A program made the position numbers and the translations under genes. A stretch of DNA of 51,251 nucleotides, taken from the IMG/VR virus record IMGVR_UViG_3300032069_000017, positions 1 through 51,251 of that record; one strand, 5' to 3'. Positions 38,993-48,798 of the stretch are shown piece after piece (position 1 is the first letter of the stretch; each line of letters begins with the position of its first letter). This stretch comes from a virus. Its lineage: Duplodnaviria; Caudoviricetes. Under the pieces are notes generated by a model. The model was not told the DNA's origin and ran no database searches. It saw only the letters and a list, made by a program, of their open reading frames with translations.

Positions 38993-39079
38993 TGGAATGA
39001 ATATGGTTTTATTGGAACTGTTCGTTATGGTGTAACAGCCATATATCCGGGAGCTATTCAACTAGGACAAATAGCATAG
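38993..39079 (+). CDS. Major capsid protein, exon 2
   Basis: WNEYGFIGTVRYGVTAIYPGAIQLGQIA, a typical HK97-fold C-terminus (RYG…P.AI). Confidence 0.85.
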   Translation, partial: WNEYGFIGTVRYGVTAIYPGAIQLGQIA

Positions 39080-39090
39080 GTTGGCTAATA

Positions 39091-39810
39091 GTGGAATCAA
39101 CCACTCAACCTTCTCCTTTTTTATACTATTTTTCCGTCAGCAAACTCGCTCATTTTGATTTTTGTAATAAGCGTTGTAAGTTAGAAGTATTTAACCAAGT
39201 TGCTGAACCTAAGGTTGGTATGGGTTCTGTAGCTAAAGGTAATAAAATGCATTGGTTATATAGTTATTCATATAAGGACTTTGATAGGATAAGAGTAAGG
39301 TATGAACTTAGAAACTTAGCTACTTTATATAGAGGAAGATTAGGATTTGAGAAGAAGATAGAAGTAGGAAATAAAATAGTAATTATAGTTAGGGGAATGT
39401 ATGATGACCTACGAATTTTAAGGGACACTAAGACTAACAGTAAATATACTAGTTTAGTAGAAGTAAAGACCACTAGTAAAAAGTATATGTGGACCAGAGA
39501 AGTTAAGGCAGCAGTAAGACAGCTTCAATTGTATATGTGGTTACTAAAAGAAATATTAGAAAAACTTAATTATCCTTTATGGAAACGGTCTTATGTAGAA
39601 GTCTATAGTCAGAAGGGTGGTTCACTATTAAGGGTTATACCAGTAAAGTATAACTATGACATAGAAGATTGGATACGATATGTAGTAAAGGTATTCCAAG
39701 GATTAGAACCAGCATCTATACCACCATATAAGTTCTGTAAGTTGTGTCCGGTAAACGTTAAAACAAACTGTGATTGGTATAGGATAAGAAAGGGATATTA
39801 TGATAAGTAA
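39091..39810 (+). CDS. Cas4-like PD-(D/E)xK nuclease
   Basis: SVSKL…FC, VEVKT, QLQLY and C-terminal CKLC…C. Confidence 0.75.
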   Translation: MESTTQPSPFLYYFSVSKLAHFDFCNKRCKLEVFNQVAEPKVGMGSVAKGNKMHWLYSYSYKDFDRIRVRYELRNLATLYRGRLGFEKKIEVGNKIVIIVRGMYDDLRILRDTKTNSKYTSLVEVKTTSKKYMWTREVKAAVRQLQLYMWLLKEILEKLNYPLWKRSYVEVYSQKGGSLLRVIPVKYNYDIEDWIRYVVKVFQGLEPASIPPYKFCKLCPVNVKTNCDWYRIRKGYYDK

Positions 39811-40171
39811 AAAGAGAAAGTATAGGGATATAAAGTTTACTAGATTAGTAGTTAATATAGATATTATTGGTTGTTCCGCCCATTTAAGAAATAATAATAA
39901 GACTATAGGTTCTTGTAAATGGGAGATTCAGAATAAAGGGGATATGTATATATCAGATTTTGGTATAGAAGATAAGTATCAAGGTAAAGGTTATGGTAAT
40001 TTCTTAGCTAGAATAGTAATAGACTTAGCTAAGTTATATCATCTTAAGACTATCTATTTAATAGATGGGGCTATTCCAGAAGGGTTCTGGCAACAACTAG
40101 GATTTAAGACTAAGTTTCTATATAAGAATAAGGTTAAAGTTGATACCGGTAATGTGGAACTGAAGTTATAA
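39800..40171 (+). CDS. GNAT acetyltransferase
   Basis: YQGKGYG motif A and FWQQLGF. Confidence 0.85.
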   Translation: MISKKRKYRDIKFTRLVVNIDIIGCSAHLRNNNKTIGSCKWEIQNKGDMYISDFGIEDKYQGKGYGNFLARIVIDLAKLYHLKTIYLIDGAIPEGFWQQLGFKTKFLYKNKVKVDTGNVELKL

Positions 40172-40521
40172 TGAACAAAAAAGAAAGAAAGAAAGAGTAT
40201 GAACGGTTATACTATTTAAAGAATAAAAAAGAAATTGATATTTATAGAAAAGATTGGTTAAAGAATATTAAGAAACAGAGGAGAAACGAAATTATTAGAT
40301 TACTTGGTAATAAGTGTATTATATGTGGGTATAAAGGACTAGCACTTCAGATAGACCATATAAATGGTGGTGGTCGTAGAGAATTTCTTAAATGTAGTAA
40401 ACGACCAGCGAGATATTATAAGAAAATTCTGGAAAGTATAAAAAGAAATGAAGGTAAGTATCAACTTTTATGTGCTAATTGTAATTGGGAGAAGAGGTAT
40501 AAGAATAATGAATATAATTGA
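40171..40521 (+). CDS. HNH endonuclease, paralogue of the intron HNH
   Basis: LLGNKCIICGY…LQIDHINGGG…YQLLCANCNWEK. Confidence 0.85.
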   Translation: MNKKERKKEYERLYYLKNKKEIDIYRKDWLKNIKKQRRNEIIRLLGNKCIICGYKGLALQIDHINGGGRREFLKCSKRPARYYKKILESIKRNEGKYQLLCANCNWEKRYKNNEYN

Positions 40522-41785
40522 ATTTTTTAAATATCTAACAAAGTTAGAACCAACACCAGACCAATGTAAATTTCTTCTTGATTGTGTAGATATAGATATT
40601 CATAAATTGCTTATATCAGCAGGCCGTCAATCGGGAAAAACACTATGTTCTGCAATAGCTGTCTTGTGGTATGTGTTTGAATATGATAAGCCTATTAAGA
40701 TAATATTAATATCAGCCCAGCAGAATATTCTATACCTTCACATGCTAGATATATTTAGGAAGTGTGGTGATGCTAGGTTTAAGAATATTAAACAGGGTGG
40801 ACAGATATTAGAAGAAACACCTTGGAATATAGTACCATTAAAGGGATTTACTACACAAAGAGGAACTATAGTATATGTTAGAGGGTCTACGGATAAACAG
40901 ATTAGGGGAATACCAGCAGATATAGTAGTATTAGATGAATGCTGTGAAATAAAGAATGATATAATCCTTACTTCTATGGGTAATATTACCGGTCCAATAT
41001 CTAAGTTTATTGTTCTATCAACACCGCATGTAGATACTAGTCTATTTGTTAAGTGGGCGACAACGCCAGAGGATAAGTTTAAGATTCATTTATGGAACTC
41101 TGAAGGTTTACCTTGGCATTCTAAAGTAATAGATGATACTAAGAAGAAGGAATATAGTAGAGAGAAGTATGCAGTAGAAATGCTGGGTAGACCACCTACA
41201 AAAGCTGAAAGGGCATTCTTTCCTAGTAAGCATATTGAGAAGTGCGTATTACCAGTAGAACCTATAAGGGAAGGTGGTCCTCATAGTAGATTAGAAATAG
41301 GTATAGATTGGGGATTTGAAGCTCCAACATTCCTTATAGTTACAGAGAGGATAGGAACTACACAGAGAAAGATACTGTTTACTAAGAAGTGGACTGGTAA
41401 ACCTATAGAGACTATAGGACCAGAAATACTTAATATTATAGCAGACTTTAAGCCTTACCTAGTTAAAGCTGATAGTAAACCACCAGAATATAAACAATGG
41501 TTTGAGAACCATGCTAGACATGTAGTTATATTTATTGACTGCGCGTTAGGGCATAAGGAGCAAATGCTTGGTCAATTACAGAGAATGATAAGGGAACATA
41601 GACTAATAATACCGCAGACATTACCAAATGTTGTAGATATAATAATGGCATTAAGGAAGTACAGAAGGAAGATGATTAAAGGTGATGACCCGGTAGATGC
41701 TCTTTCTCTTAGTATTTATGAGCCAAGCAGTCCTCTAGAAGGGGGTTCATATGGGCGGGTTTATTTCCCAGAGAATAAAGAATAA
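40508..41785 (+). CDS. terL: Terminase large subunit
   Basis: AGRQSGKT Walker A, VVLDE Walker B, STP, nuclease GIDWG and DDPVDA. Likely start is ATG 40508. Confidence 0.92.
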   Translation: MNIIEFFKYLTKLEPTPDQCKFLLDCVDIDIHKLLISAGRQSGKTLCSAIAVLWYVFEYDKPIKIILISAQQNILYLHMLDIFRKCGDARFKNIKQGGQILEETPWNIVPLKGFTTQRGTIVYVRGSTDKQIRGIPADIVVLDECCEIKNDIILTSMGNITGPISKFIVLSTPHVDTSLFVKWATTPEDKFKIHLWNSEGLPWHSKVIDDTKKKEYSREKYAVEMLGRPPTKAERAFFPSKHIEKCVLPVEPIREGGPHSRLEIGIDWGFEAPTFLIVTERIGTTQRKILFTKKWTGKPIETIGPEILNIIADFKPYLVKADSKPPEYKQWFENHARHVVIFIDCALGHKEQMLGQLQRMIREHRLIIPQTLPNVVDIIMALRKYRRKMIKGDDPVDALSLSIYEPSSPLEGGSYGRVYFPENKE

Positions 41786-41833
41786 CTAACCTTTATATAA
41801 TAAAAATGACTACCTATATAGTAGGAATAGAAT

Positions 41834-42292
41834 ATGACTAAAGTAAATTGTGCTCTCTGTAGAGATACTCACTTAGTATCTAAACCATCAGAGAATCTAA
41901 AATATAGTGATGATACAGAAGTTACTGAAACTGCAACTAGTTATACTAAGAAGAAAGAAAAGGCTATACCAGAATATGCTGTTGTTGCAATTGGATTTAC
42001 TGGTAGTGGTAAGTTCCGTATAAAGTTTGATTTAAAGAGTAGTGCTGCTTTTAGTGCTTATGGGCGGATTTATAAGAATGGGGTTGCTGTAGGAACTGAA
42101 AGAATAAATGCTACTACTGGTTACATAACCTATACTGAAGATATAGAATTTAAAGCCGGAGACTTAGTACAAATTTATGCAAAGGCTACTAGCACTTATA
42201 CTGCTTATGTCCGTAACTTTAGAATATACTGTGATGGTGTATGCTTAAGCTGTGGGTATGATGATAGTATGCTACAAAAGCATATATGGTAG
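41834..42292 (+). CDS. Putative virion decoration (beta-sandwich) protein
   Basis: Beta-rich; late cluster. Confidence 0.4.
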   Translation: MTKVNCALCRDTHLVSKPSENLKYSDDTEVTETATSYTKKKEKAIPEYAVVAIGFTGSGKFRIKFDLKSSAAFSAYGRIYKNGVAVGTERINATTGYITYTEDIEFKAGDLVQIYAKATSTYTAYVRNFRIYCDGVCLSCGYDDSMLQKHIW

Positions 42293-42302
42293 GTGAATTA
42301 AA

Positions 42303-42626
42303 ATGCCACGTTTAGTATTATTAAATGAAGATTTAGCAAATACGTATAAACCAGTAAAGAAATTACCAATTGAAGAAACAGTTAATAAGATAACAATAAC
42401 AATACAGAATAAACATGCTACTAATTCATTAAAGTATCAAATATTAGCTTATCCAGATAAAGAAGATGATTCGACAACGGTAACACTTTTTCCTGAAACT
42501 ACATTACCCGCTAATAGTATAATAGTTCAAACTTTAACAGATGCTTGGGATGCTATCTTAATTCAAGCAAAAAATGCTACTGCTGATGTAATTTCAACAG
42601 CAAAAATAGTAGTAAATTGGGTTTAG
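42303..42626 (+). CDS. Putative virion protein
   Basis: Beta-rich; GGTGA RBS. Confidence 0.4.
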   Translation: MPRLVLLNEDLANTYKPVKKLPIEETVNKITITIQNKHATNSLKYQILAYPDKEDDSTTVTLFPETTLPANSIIVQTLTDAWDAILIQAKNATADVISTAKIVVNWV

Positions 42627-42637
42627 GGGACAAAAAC

Positions 42638-43021
42638 ATGAGTTTAAACAAAAGCGGCGTCGGCTCACTAGACAAGCAGAAACTAACCGTGTTTGTTCCA
42701 TACAATTCCAAAATAGCCGACATTACAGAGGCGGATACGAATAAGCATTATTTGACTTTGGCGAATAGTGCGGGGACGGGTGCGATTGCGGGTGAAACAA
42801 GAAAAATCATAGCTGTTCTACTTGATGATGTGAGAAATAGTGGCACAGGGTTTCTAAAAGTGTATCCAAATGAGGGGGTTGCGAATATAGCTCTAAGAAA
42901 TTATTTGGATTGTATTGATGATGTAGTGATTGCTGATGGAACTCAGAGACTTCAATACGCCCAAAGCGTTGCCAACGATGATTTCGACTTGTACTGTCTC
43001 GGCTACGTTGTTGAAGCGTGA
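42638..43021 (+). CDS. Putative virion protein (compositionally foreign)
   Basis: ATG 42638 after GGGGA; visibly more GC-rich than its neighbours. Confidence 0.45.
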   Translation: MSLNKSGVGSLDKQKLTVFVPYNSKIADITEADTNKHYLTLANSAGTGAIAGETRKIIAVLLDDVRNSGTGFLKVYPNEGVANIALRNYLDCIDDVVIADGTQRLQYAQSVANDDFDLYCLGYVVEA

Positions 43022-43209
43022 GAACATGGAGGCTTAAAAGAAATGAAGTTTTACAAGCACGGAAAAGACCGAGAAAGTTTGCCTTGCGTTGAACTTGATG
43101 ATGGAACTTTGATTACTGAACCAGAAATACTGTTAGCTTTGATTAAGGCTCTCATCAAAAAAGGCGTGATAACTCAAGCAGACATCAAAACAATGTTAGG
43201 TGTTTAAAA

Positions 43210-44844
43210 ATGGATAATAAAAAAGTATTATACTGTTCGTATGAATGGGCAAAGATACCTACAGATTTAAATAGGAAAAACTTAGTATTAGTTACTGTTA
43301 AGACGCCTAAGACTACTATACATCCAGAAGACCCTGAATATAATATTAGAATATTTAAACCAGAAGAACTTAGGGAAGCTGCAAGAAGCCTAGCTCAAAG
43401 ACCAGTGGGGCTTAACCATGGTCCTATAATAGTAGGCGCTTTCACTGTAGATGCTAATTGGAATGAGAAAGAACAAGCAGTAGAAGCATTGTTATATGTA
43501 CCAGACCCTTACATTGATAGAATAAGGTCTGGAGAAATCAATAAAGTTTCTGTAGAATTTACTTGGCGTGATGAGAAGAAGACTGATAAGGGAATAGAAT
43601 TTGAAGGCTTTGTATTTAATAGAGTAGACCTCTTAAGCGGTATGAATCCGGGTGATAGTAATACACAAGTTAAATTAGTAGAAGGTAAAAGAGGATTAAT
43701 GGAAGGAATGATACAGCAAGACAATATTCAAGCTAGTATAGATAAGCCTAATGAAAGTTTCTTTAAAGAATTAGAAGAAGCGGCGGATGCTTTTCTTAAG
43801 ACTTTGGGTGAACCATTTGCTGGGTATAAGGATTTTGCTGACTGTGTAGCTAAGAATAAAGATAAGAGTAACCCAGATGCGTATTGCGGTTACATTAAGC
43901 ATAAGGTAGAAGACCCTAAAAAAGAAAGTAAACCAGCAATATGTGATACGTTAATAGAGGCTAAATACGAACCACCTGAAGCTGGCACTTTACCAGCACA
44001 TGGTAAGGAAATATTAGCTTCAGCTTATGCATCATGTAGAGCAGATAAAGAACATTCTCCTTATGGTGATAAAGAACGTTGTTCTAAAATTGCTTGGGCT
44101 GCGGTTAAGAATGCAGGTTATGTTAAAGAAGATGATAAGTGGATTAAAAAGGAAGCTGAACCACAAATACCAGAACAACCAGTTAGTTCAATGGCTAGTG
44201 AACCAGCGCCTATGACACCTAGTCCATTACCGCAGCAAGTAGAACCAGTACAAGTTACTTCTGTAGGTGCTGTATCTGATAGTAAAGGACCACTTGGCAG
44301 AGAACCAGAGAAAGGTAATCCAGATAAGAACTTGGGTATGGAACCGGTTAAAGAAGAACAGTTAGGAGATAAAGATAAAGTAAAGATTGGTAAACAACCA
44401 GAAGTTGGTATAGGAACACCTTTAGTAGAATCTACTGCAGATAAGCCTAAAGAAGAACCTAAAAAGGAAGAACCGGTTAAGAAGGAAGAATCTAAGGTTG
44501 TAGATAAATCGGTAACACCACCACTACCACCTAGTATATCAACCTCCGCTAAAGAACCTAATAAGTTAGTTGAACCTAAACCAGCAGAACAGCCTAAACC
44601 AGAGGATAGGATTAAGGAATTAGAAGGTGTAGTTACTAAGTTACAAGAGAATGTTAAGAAACTAGAAGCTGATAAGAATAAGGTTATTAAGGAAGCTATA
44701 GAAAAGACTAAGAAGGAATTAATAGATAAGATAAAGGAAGCTTTACCGTCAGAGAATATTATAAGTAACTTTAACCGTGGTGGACGTATATTAGCTACAG
44801 ATATTAAAAAGGTTATTTATGAAGCTGAGGCGACTAAAGAGTGA
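43210..44844 (+). CDS. Prohead protease-ChaB-scaffold fusion
   Basis: PVGLNH…IRSGEINKVSVEF protease, ChaB-like LPAHGKEI…IAWAAVK…KW, Pro-rich linker and C-terminal coiled coil. Confidence 0.7.
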   Translation: MDNKKVLYCSYEWAKIPTDLNRKNLVLVTVKTPKTTIHPEDPEYNIRIFKPEELREAARSLAQRPVGLNHGPIIVGAFTVDANWNEKEQAVEALLYVPDPYIDRIRSGEINKVSVEFTWRDEKKTDKGIEFEGFVFNRVDLLSGMNPGDSNTQVKLVEGKRGLMEGMIQQDNIQASIDKPNESFFKELEEAADAFLKTLGEPFAGYKDFADCVAKNKDKSNPDAYCGYIKHKVEDPKKESKPAICDTLIEAKYEPPEAGTLPAHGKEILASAYASCRADKEHSPYGDKERCSKIAWAAVKNAGYVKEDDKWIKKEAEPQIPEQPVSSMASEPAPMTPSPLPQQVEPVQVTSVGAVSDSKGPLGREPEKGNPDKNLGMEPVKEEQLGDKDKVKIGKQPEVGIGTPLVESTADKPKEEPKKEEPVKKEESKVVDKSVTPPLPPSISTSAKEPNKLVEPKPAEQPKPEDRIKELEGVVTKLQENVKKLEADKNKVIKEAIEKTKKELIDKIKEALPSENIISNFNRGGRILATDIKKVIYEAEATKE

Positions 44845-45349
44845 GTACTATACTAGAAAGACGTAATAGTATAGAAAGGCATAAGTTTTGTGACCATTGT
44901 GGTAGATTACTTACCATTGATGAGTCTTTAACTTATATTACTGAAAATAATGTAAAACGTTATCTATGTACTTGGGACCGTAGCTTCATTAATGATGCTG
45001 AAGCTGATAAGCAGAGACTTAACTATATAATATGGGCTATTAATCCTGAACTTAGTGAATATATTTATAACTATCCTTGGGTTTAATAGTGGGGATATAA
45101 ACTATGGATAAAGAAATAAGTATGCAGGAGAAGCTTTTAACTATGATTGTATTCCAGTTAATAGAATTGAATAGACTGTTAAAGAAACTTAATTATATAA
45201 GTGGAACTACTGATACTATTAGTCTAGAGGAAATAGCTGAAGAGATGACGTTTTTAGGTAAGTATATAGACTGTGTTACAGAGAAGGGGAAGGCTTGTCC
45301 CATTAGAGGATTAGTTAGGAAGATTAAAGATAAAGAGGAAGAAACTTAA

Positions 45350-46846
45350 ATGGTTAATTCACGTTGGCAAGCATTAAAGGAAGCAATACTTGGAGTTCCA
45401 AAAGCACCTGAAATAGTAAAACCTACTGATGTAGCTGTTTTAGGTGCGGTAGAACAAAGCTATGGTATCTATCAAGTTCCTAGCTTTAGGGAAATGGTTA
45501 CTTGCTTCTGGGATGACCCGCTACTTAAAGAAGCTGTTACTATGTTTGCTGAACAGGTTGTGGCTACAGGAGTATTCTATACGTCTAATCCTAAATATAA
45601 ACTAGTACTTAATGGTAAGACAGCTTTAGATATAATTAAAGAATGGGCTGATGATAATAATATAGATACTAAGCTATTAGAGATAGCTATAGAACTTAAG
45701 GCTTTTGGTAACAGTTTATGGAGACTAGACCCAGAACTTGGTTTTATTAAAATACCAATAGAAGCTATATGGCACGCTGTAAGGGTAGACTCAGAGACCC
45801 CATTACAAGAGAAGTATAATATACAGTTGGTTCCTATCTATGGTGGTAAGGTTATACCTTGGAGTGAGTTTATACACTTTAGAGTAGGAGTAACTGGTTA
45901 TCATGCTCCGTTTGGTCAAGGAGTAGTTTATAGCTTATTATCTAAGCCTATAGATAGTAAAGGTAATATTGCTCCTAGCATATACGATATTAGGCTTAGT
46001 ACAAGGAGCAGTCTTAATGAAGGCTTTAGGAAGTTCAGCTTTGGTAATGAACTATGGGTATTTGAAGGAATGAGCAATGAAGACTTTGAGACTAGTCAAA
46101 TAGGTGCAAAGATAGCTGGAATGTCCAGTACTGGAAATAGAATAGCTACCAATGCAAAGGGACAGATACACCTAGCAGTTCCAGAACGTACACAGTCTTA
46201 TGATGAATTTATTAAGCACATGAGGGATGAATTCTTTATGGCTTTAGCTGACCCTAGTCTTAAATTGGGGTTAGAAGAAGGGTTTACTAAGGCTACATCT
46301 GTTACTGCTAGTGAAGTTTATAAGTATAAAATAGCTACTATGAGAAGGACTATTAAGCAGCACTTTGAAGACTTATTTAAGCAGATACTAGATAAACTAG
46401 GATATGATGGTAGAGAAGCTAGGGTAGAAATGAACTTTGGACCAGAAGAGACACCAGAATATGCTGTAAAAGATATATTTGATGCTGTTAAGACTGGTAT
46501 TATACTTAAGAATGAAGCTAGGAAACTATTATCTAGATACCACAAGTGGGATATTGAAGGTGATATTAAAGGTGGAGAAGAACCGCTATTGGCTCCAGTA
46601 TCATTATTGCCTACAAGAACGCATCCATCACCAAGCGGGATTGTGGCAGAACCAGAAACACCAGCAGATATTAAAGCAATACAGAAAGGTACGGAACCAC
46701 AGCCTAAGATTGCTCAAGAAGGTATAAAGGATAACTTAGAAGAAATCCAAGAAAAGCGTAAAGAAGCGCTTATTGACCTTGAACTTAAAGAGAAAAGGAA
46801 GAAACTATTAGATAGGTTGTTAAAAGATGAAGATACTACAAAATAA
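45350..46846 (+). CDS. Portal protein
   Basis: DPLLKEAV, FGNSLW, EFIHFR…FGQG and NEARKLL motifs; size fits. Confidence 0.85.
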   Translation: MVNSRWQALKEAILGVPKAPEIVKPTDVAVLGAVEQSYGIYQVPSFREMVTCFWDDPLLKEAVTMFAEQVVATGVFYTSNPKYKLVLNGKTALDIIKEWADDNNIDTKLLEIAIELKAFGNSLWRLDPELGFIKIPIEAIWHAVRVDSETPLQEKYNIQLVPIYGGKVIPWSEFIHFRVGVTGYHAPFGQGVVYSLLSKPIDSKGNIAPSIYDIRLSTRSSLNEGFRKFSFGNELWVFEGMSNEDFETSQIGAKIAGMSSTGNRIATNAKGQIHLAVPERTQSYDEFIKHMRDEFFMALADPSLKLGLEEGFTKATSVTASEVYKYKIATMRRTIKQHFEDLFKQILDKLGYDGREARVEMNFGPEETPEYAVKDIFDAVKTGIILKNEARKLLSRYHKWDIEGDIKGGEEPLLAPVSLLPTRTHPSPSGIVAEPETPADIKAIQKGTEPQPKIAQEGIKDNLEEIQEKRKEALIDLELKEKRKKLLDRLLKDEDTTK

Positions 46847-47105
46847 TAACAAAATTAGTTTTATTGACTTTGGTATTGTAGAAGTTGGTGAGTCTAAAGA
46901 AGTGGCTATTACTGTAGAGAATGATAGTACCGCTTACTTAGAAAACTTAGTATTTAAATGTGAAGGTGTTAAGGTCTTAGAAGCTCCTGTAAGATTAGAC
47001 CCTAATACTTCTGGTATAGTGAAGCTATTATGGGTCCCTTCAATTAGTCTAAAGAAACCGTTAAAAGCGGAATTAAAAGTTGAAGGAATAGAAGTATATA
47101 AATAA
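46827..47105 (+). CDS. Ig-like single-domain protein
   Basis: IDFGIVEVGESKEVAITVEN pattern. Confidence 0.55.
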   Translation: MKILQNNNKISFIDFGIVEVGESKEVAITVENDSTAYLENLVFKCEGVKVLEAPVRLDPNTSGIVKLLWVPSISLKKPLKAELKVEGIEVYK

Positions 47106-47122
47106 AGGAGGTATAAAAAACT

Positions 47123-47620
47123 ATGAGTTTTGGAGAAAAAGCAAAAGGATGCCTAGTTTGGAAGGTTGAAAAGTTCAAGGCTAAAGACAGCAAGGAAATC
47201 TTAGAGAAAAATGTTAAGCCGTACGAAACGGTTGAAGGTGAACATCACTGCCTGTTGAATGAGGGAATCACCAACTTGATAAACCTCATTTGTGGGCTTG
47301 GCAGTCCAACAGCGTGGAACAATGCTAACGCTAGGGTAGGCGTGGGCAACGATGGGACGGCTCCAGCGGCTACTCAAACGGGACTTCTGGGAGCTTCAAA
47401 ATTGTACAAGGGTATGAATGCTGGTTATCCGCAGATTAGTGGTCAGCAAAGCATTTTCCAAGCGGACTTTGTGAGTGGAGAAGCGGAGTGGGCTTGGCTT
47501 GAAGAAGCAATAGATAATGGTGCTACTGCGGCAATTGACTTGTGCAGGCAGAACACGAGTTTAGGCACGAAACCTGCTGGGCAAACTTGGCGTTTGACGG
47601 GCACTATAACGTGGAGTTAA
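47123..47620 (+). CDS. Tail-fibre anchor-like virion protein
   Basis: LLNEG…VGVG.D.TAP..TQTGL; related to 49657..50208. Confidence 0.55.
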   Translation: MSFGEKAKGCLVWKVEKFKAKDSKEILEKNVKPYETVEGEHHCLLNEGITNLINLICGLGSPTAWNNANARVGVGNDGTAPAATQTGLLGASKLYKGMNAGYPQISGQQSIFQADFVSGEAEWAWLEEAIDNGATAAIDLCRQNTSLGTKPAGQTWRLTGTITWS

Positions 47621-47687
47621 GAAGACATCATTTCTCTCATTATTTCCTATATTTCTTTCAGTTAGAGTAAACGGAGTAAGAAAAAGA

Positions 47688-48797
47688 ATGGCACATACTT
47701 TCGATGCAAAGAACAGAGTAACTGGCACAGGCAATCCTTTGTTGGTTTCGCATACTTGTGGTTCTGGAGCAACGCTTTTAGTTCTTAGCCTAGTCGTTGC
47801 GGGGGCTACTGCAAGAACAGGCGGTGCTCCAACTTACAATGGAGTTGCCATGACGCAAGTTGAAACAACAAAGATAGCTACTGAAACAAACTGTGAAATG
47901 TGGTATCTGGTAAATCCAAGCATCGGCACATATAATGTTTCAATTCCGAACAGTGGTGGCTTAACCCTTTATGCAATCACTTCCAGTTATAAGGCGGCAA
48001 GTGGCTACACTTCGGCACTTGACGTGAGCACGTCAGGCACGGGAGTAAGTGCTGACCCTTCACTTACTGTTACAACTTCAGCAAGCGGGGAAGCACTGGT
48101 TGATGTTTTAGGTGACGGATACAATACACCACCAACTGAAAACGGATATGTTTTGCTTTACTCAACTGATGATGGATTATATAGTGATAATGCTCAATAT
48201 TGGTGTTCTGCCTATGCTGGGAGTATAACTTTCGACTGGACTGTTGCGTCAGACGACTGGTGCATGATTCTTGCAGCTTTCAAGGAAGTAGTCGGTATTA
48301 CTTCAAAAAGTTTCGGTGATATTGGTGGAGGCTCTGATGCTTTCATAAATCCTTACCGTGCAATGGGCTTCAGCGAGGTTGGCTTAGGCAGCGAAAGTTT
48401 CGGCACACCATTCAAAGCAATGCCCTTCAGTGATGCTGGTTATGGAACAGATGCTTTTTATGCTTTAAAGGGCGGTATGGGTGGACATGGTAAAAAACGT
48501 AAAGTAAGCGGTCTGCTTTCTATTAATATTCCTATTAGAGGATTCTTTATAAAACCTTTTACGGAGAATTACTTAGTTAGTAGAAGTTTAAAGAAGTTTC
48601 TAGTAGTTAAAAATTCTGTACAAGGAATACTAATAAATAGTATAAAGGAATCTTTACAAGTAACAGGTAGTTCTGAATGGAAACTTAGAGAATCTCTGCT
48701 TATTACCGGAAGTCCATCATATAAACTAAATAAACCTATAATGCTTATAGGTAAGAGAGGATATAAGTTATTATTAGAGATGCTAGAGGAAGAATAA
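47688..48797 (+). CDS. Putative fibre/decoration protein, mosaic
   Basis: Thr/Gly/Ser-rich beta domain, about 19-aa FSDxGxGxD repeats, then an AT-rich C-terminal part. Confidence 0.55.
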   Translation: MAHTFDAKNRVTGTGNPLLVSHTCGSGATLLVLSLVVAGATARTGGAPTYNGVAMTQVETTKIATETNCEMWYLVNPSIGTYNVSIPNSGGLTLYAITSSYKAASGYTSALDVSTSGTGVSADPSLTVTTSASGEALVDVLGDGYNTPPTENGYVLLYSTDDGLYSDNAQYWCSAYAGSITFDWTVASDDWCMILAAFKEVVGITSKSFGDIGGGSDAFINPYRAMGFSEVGLGSESFGTPFKAMPFSDAGYGTDAFYALKGGMGGHGKKRKVSGLLSINIPIRGFFIKPFTENYLVSRSLKKFLVVKNSVQGILINSIKESLQVTGSSEWKLRESLLITGSPSYKLNKPIMLIGKRGYKLLLEMLEEE

Positions 48798-48798
48798 A

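Noticed and set aside
38822-39079. Independent 85-aa gene
   Set aside because: Its first two-thirds overlap the HNH gene out of frame; only 38993-39079 is meaningful, as MCP exon 2.
39091-39810. CRISPR-Cas system
   Set aside because: Solo Cas4-like nuclease; I saw no repeat-spacer array and no other cas genes.
40150-40530. BHB intron around the 40171 HNH gene, joining GNAT to TerL
   Set aside because: Only a weak AGTTATA/TATAATT stem with no 4-bp central helix, and both flanking genes look complete.
31768-41785. Inteins in PolB or TerL
   Set aside because: Protein lengths are normal and motifs are contiguous; no intein-like insertion was seen.
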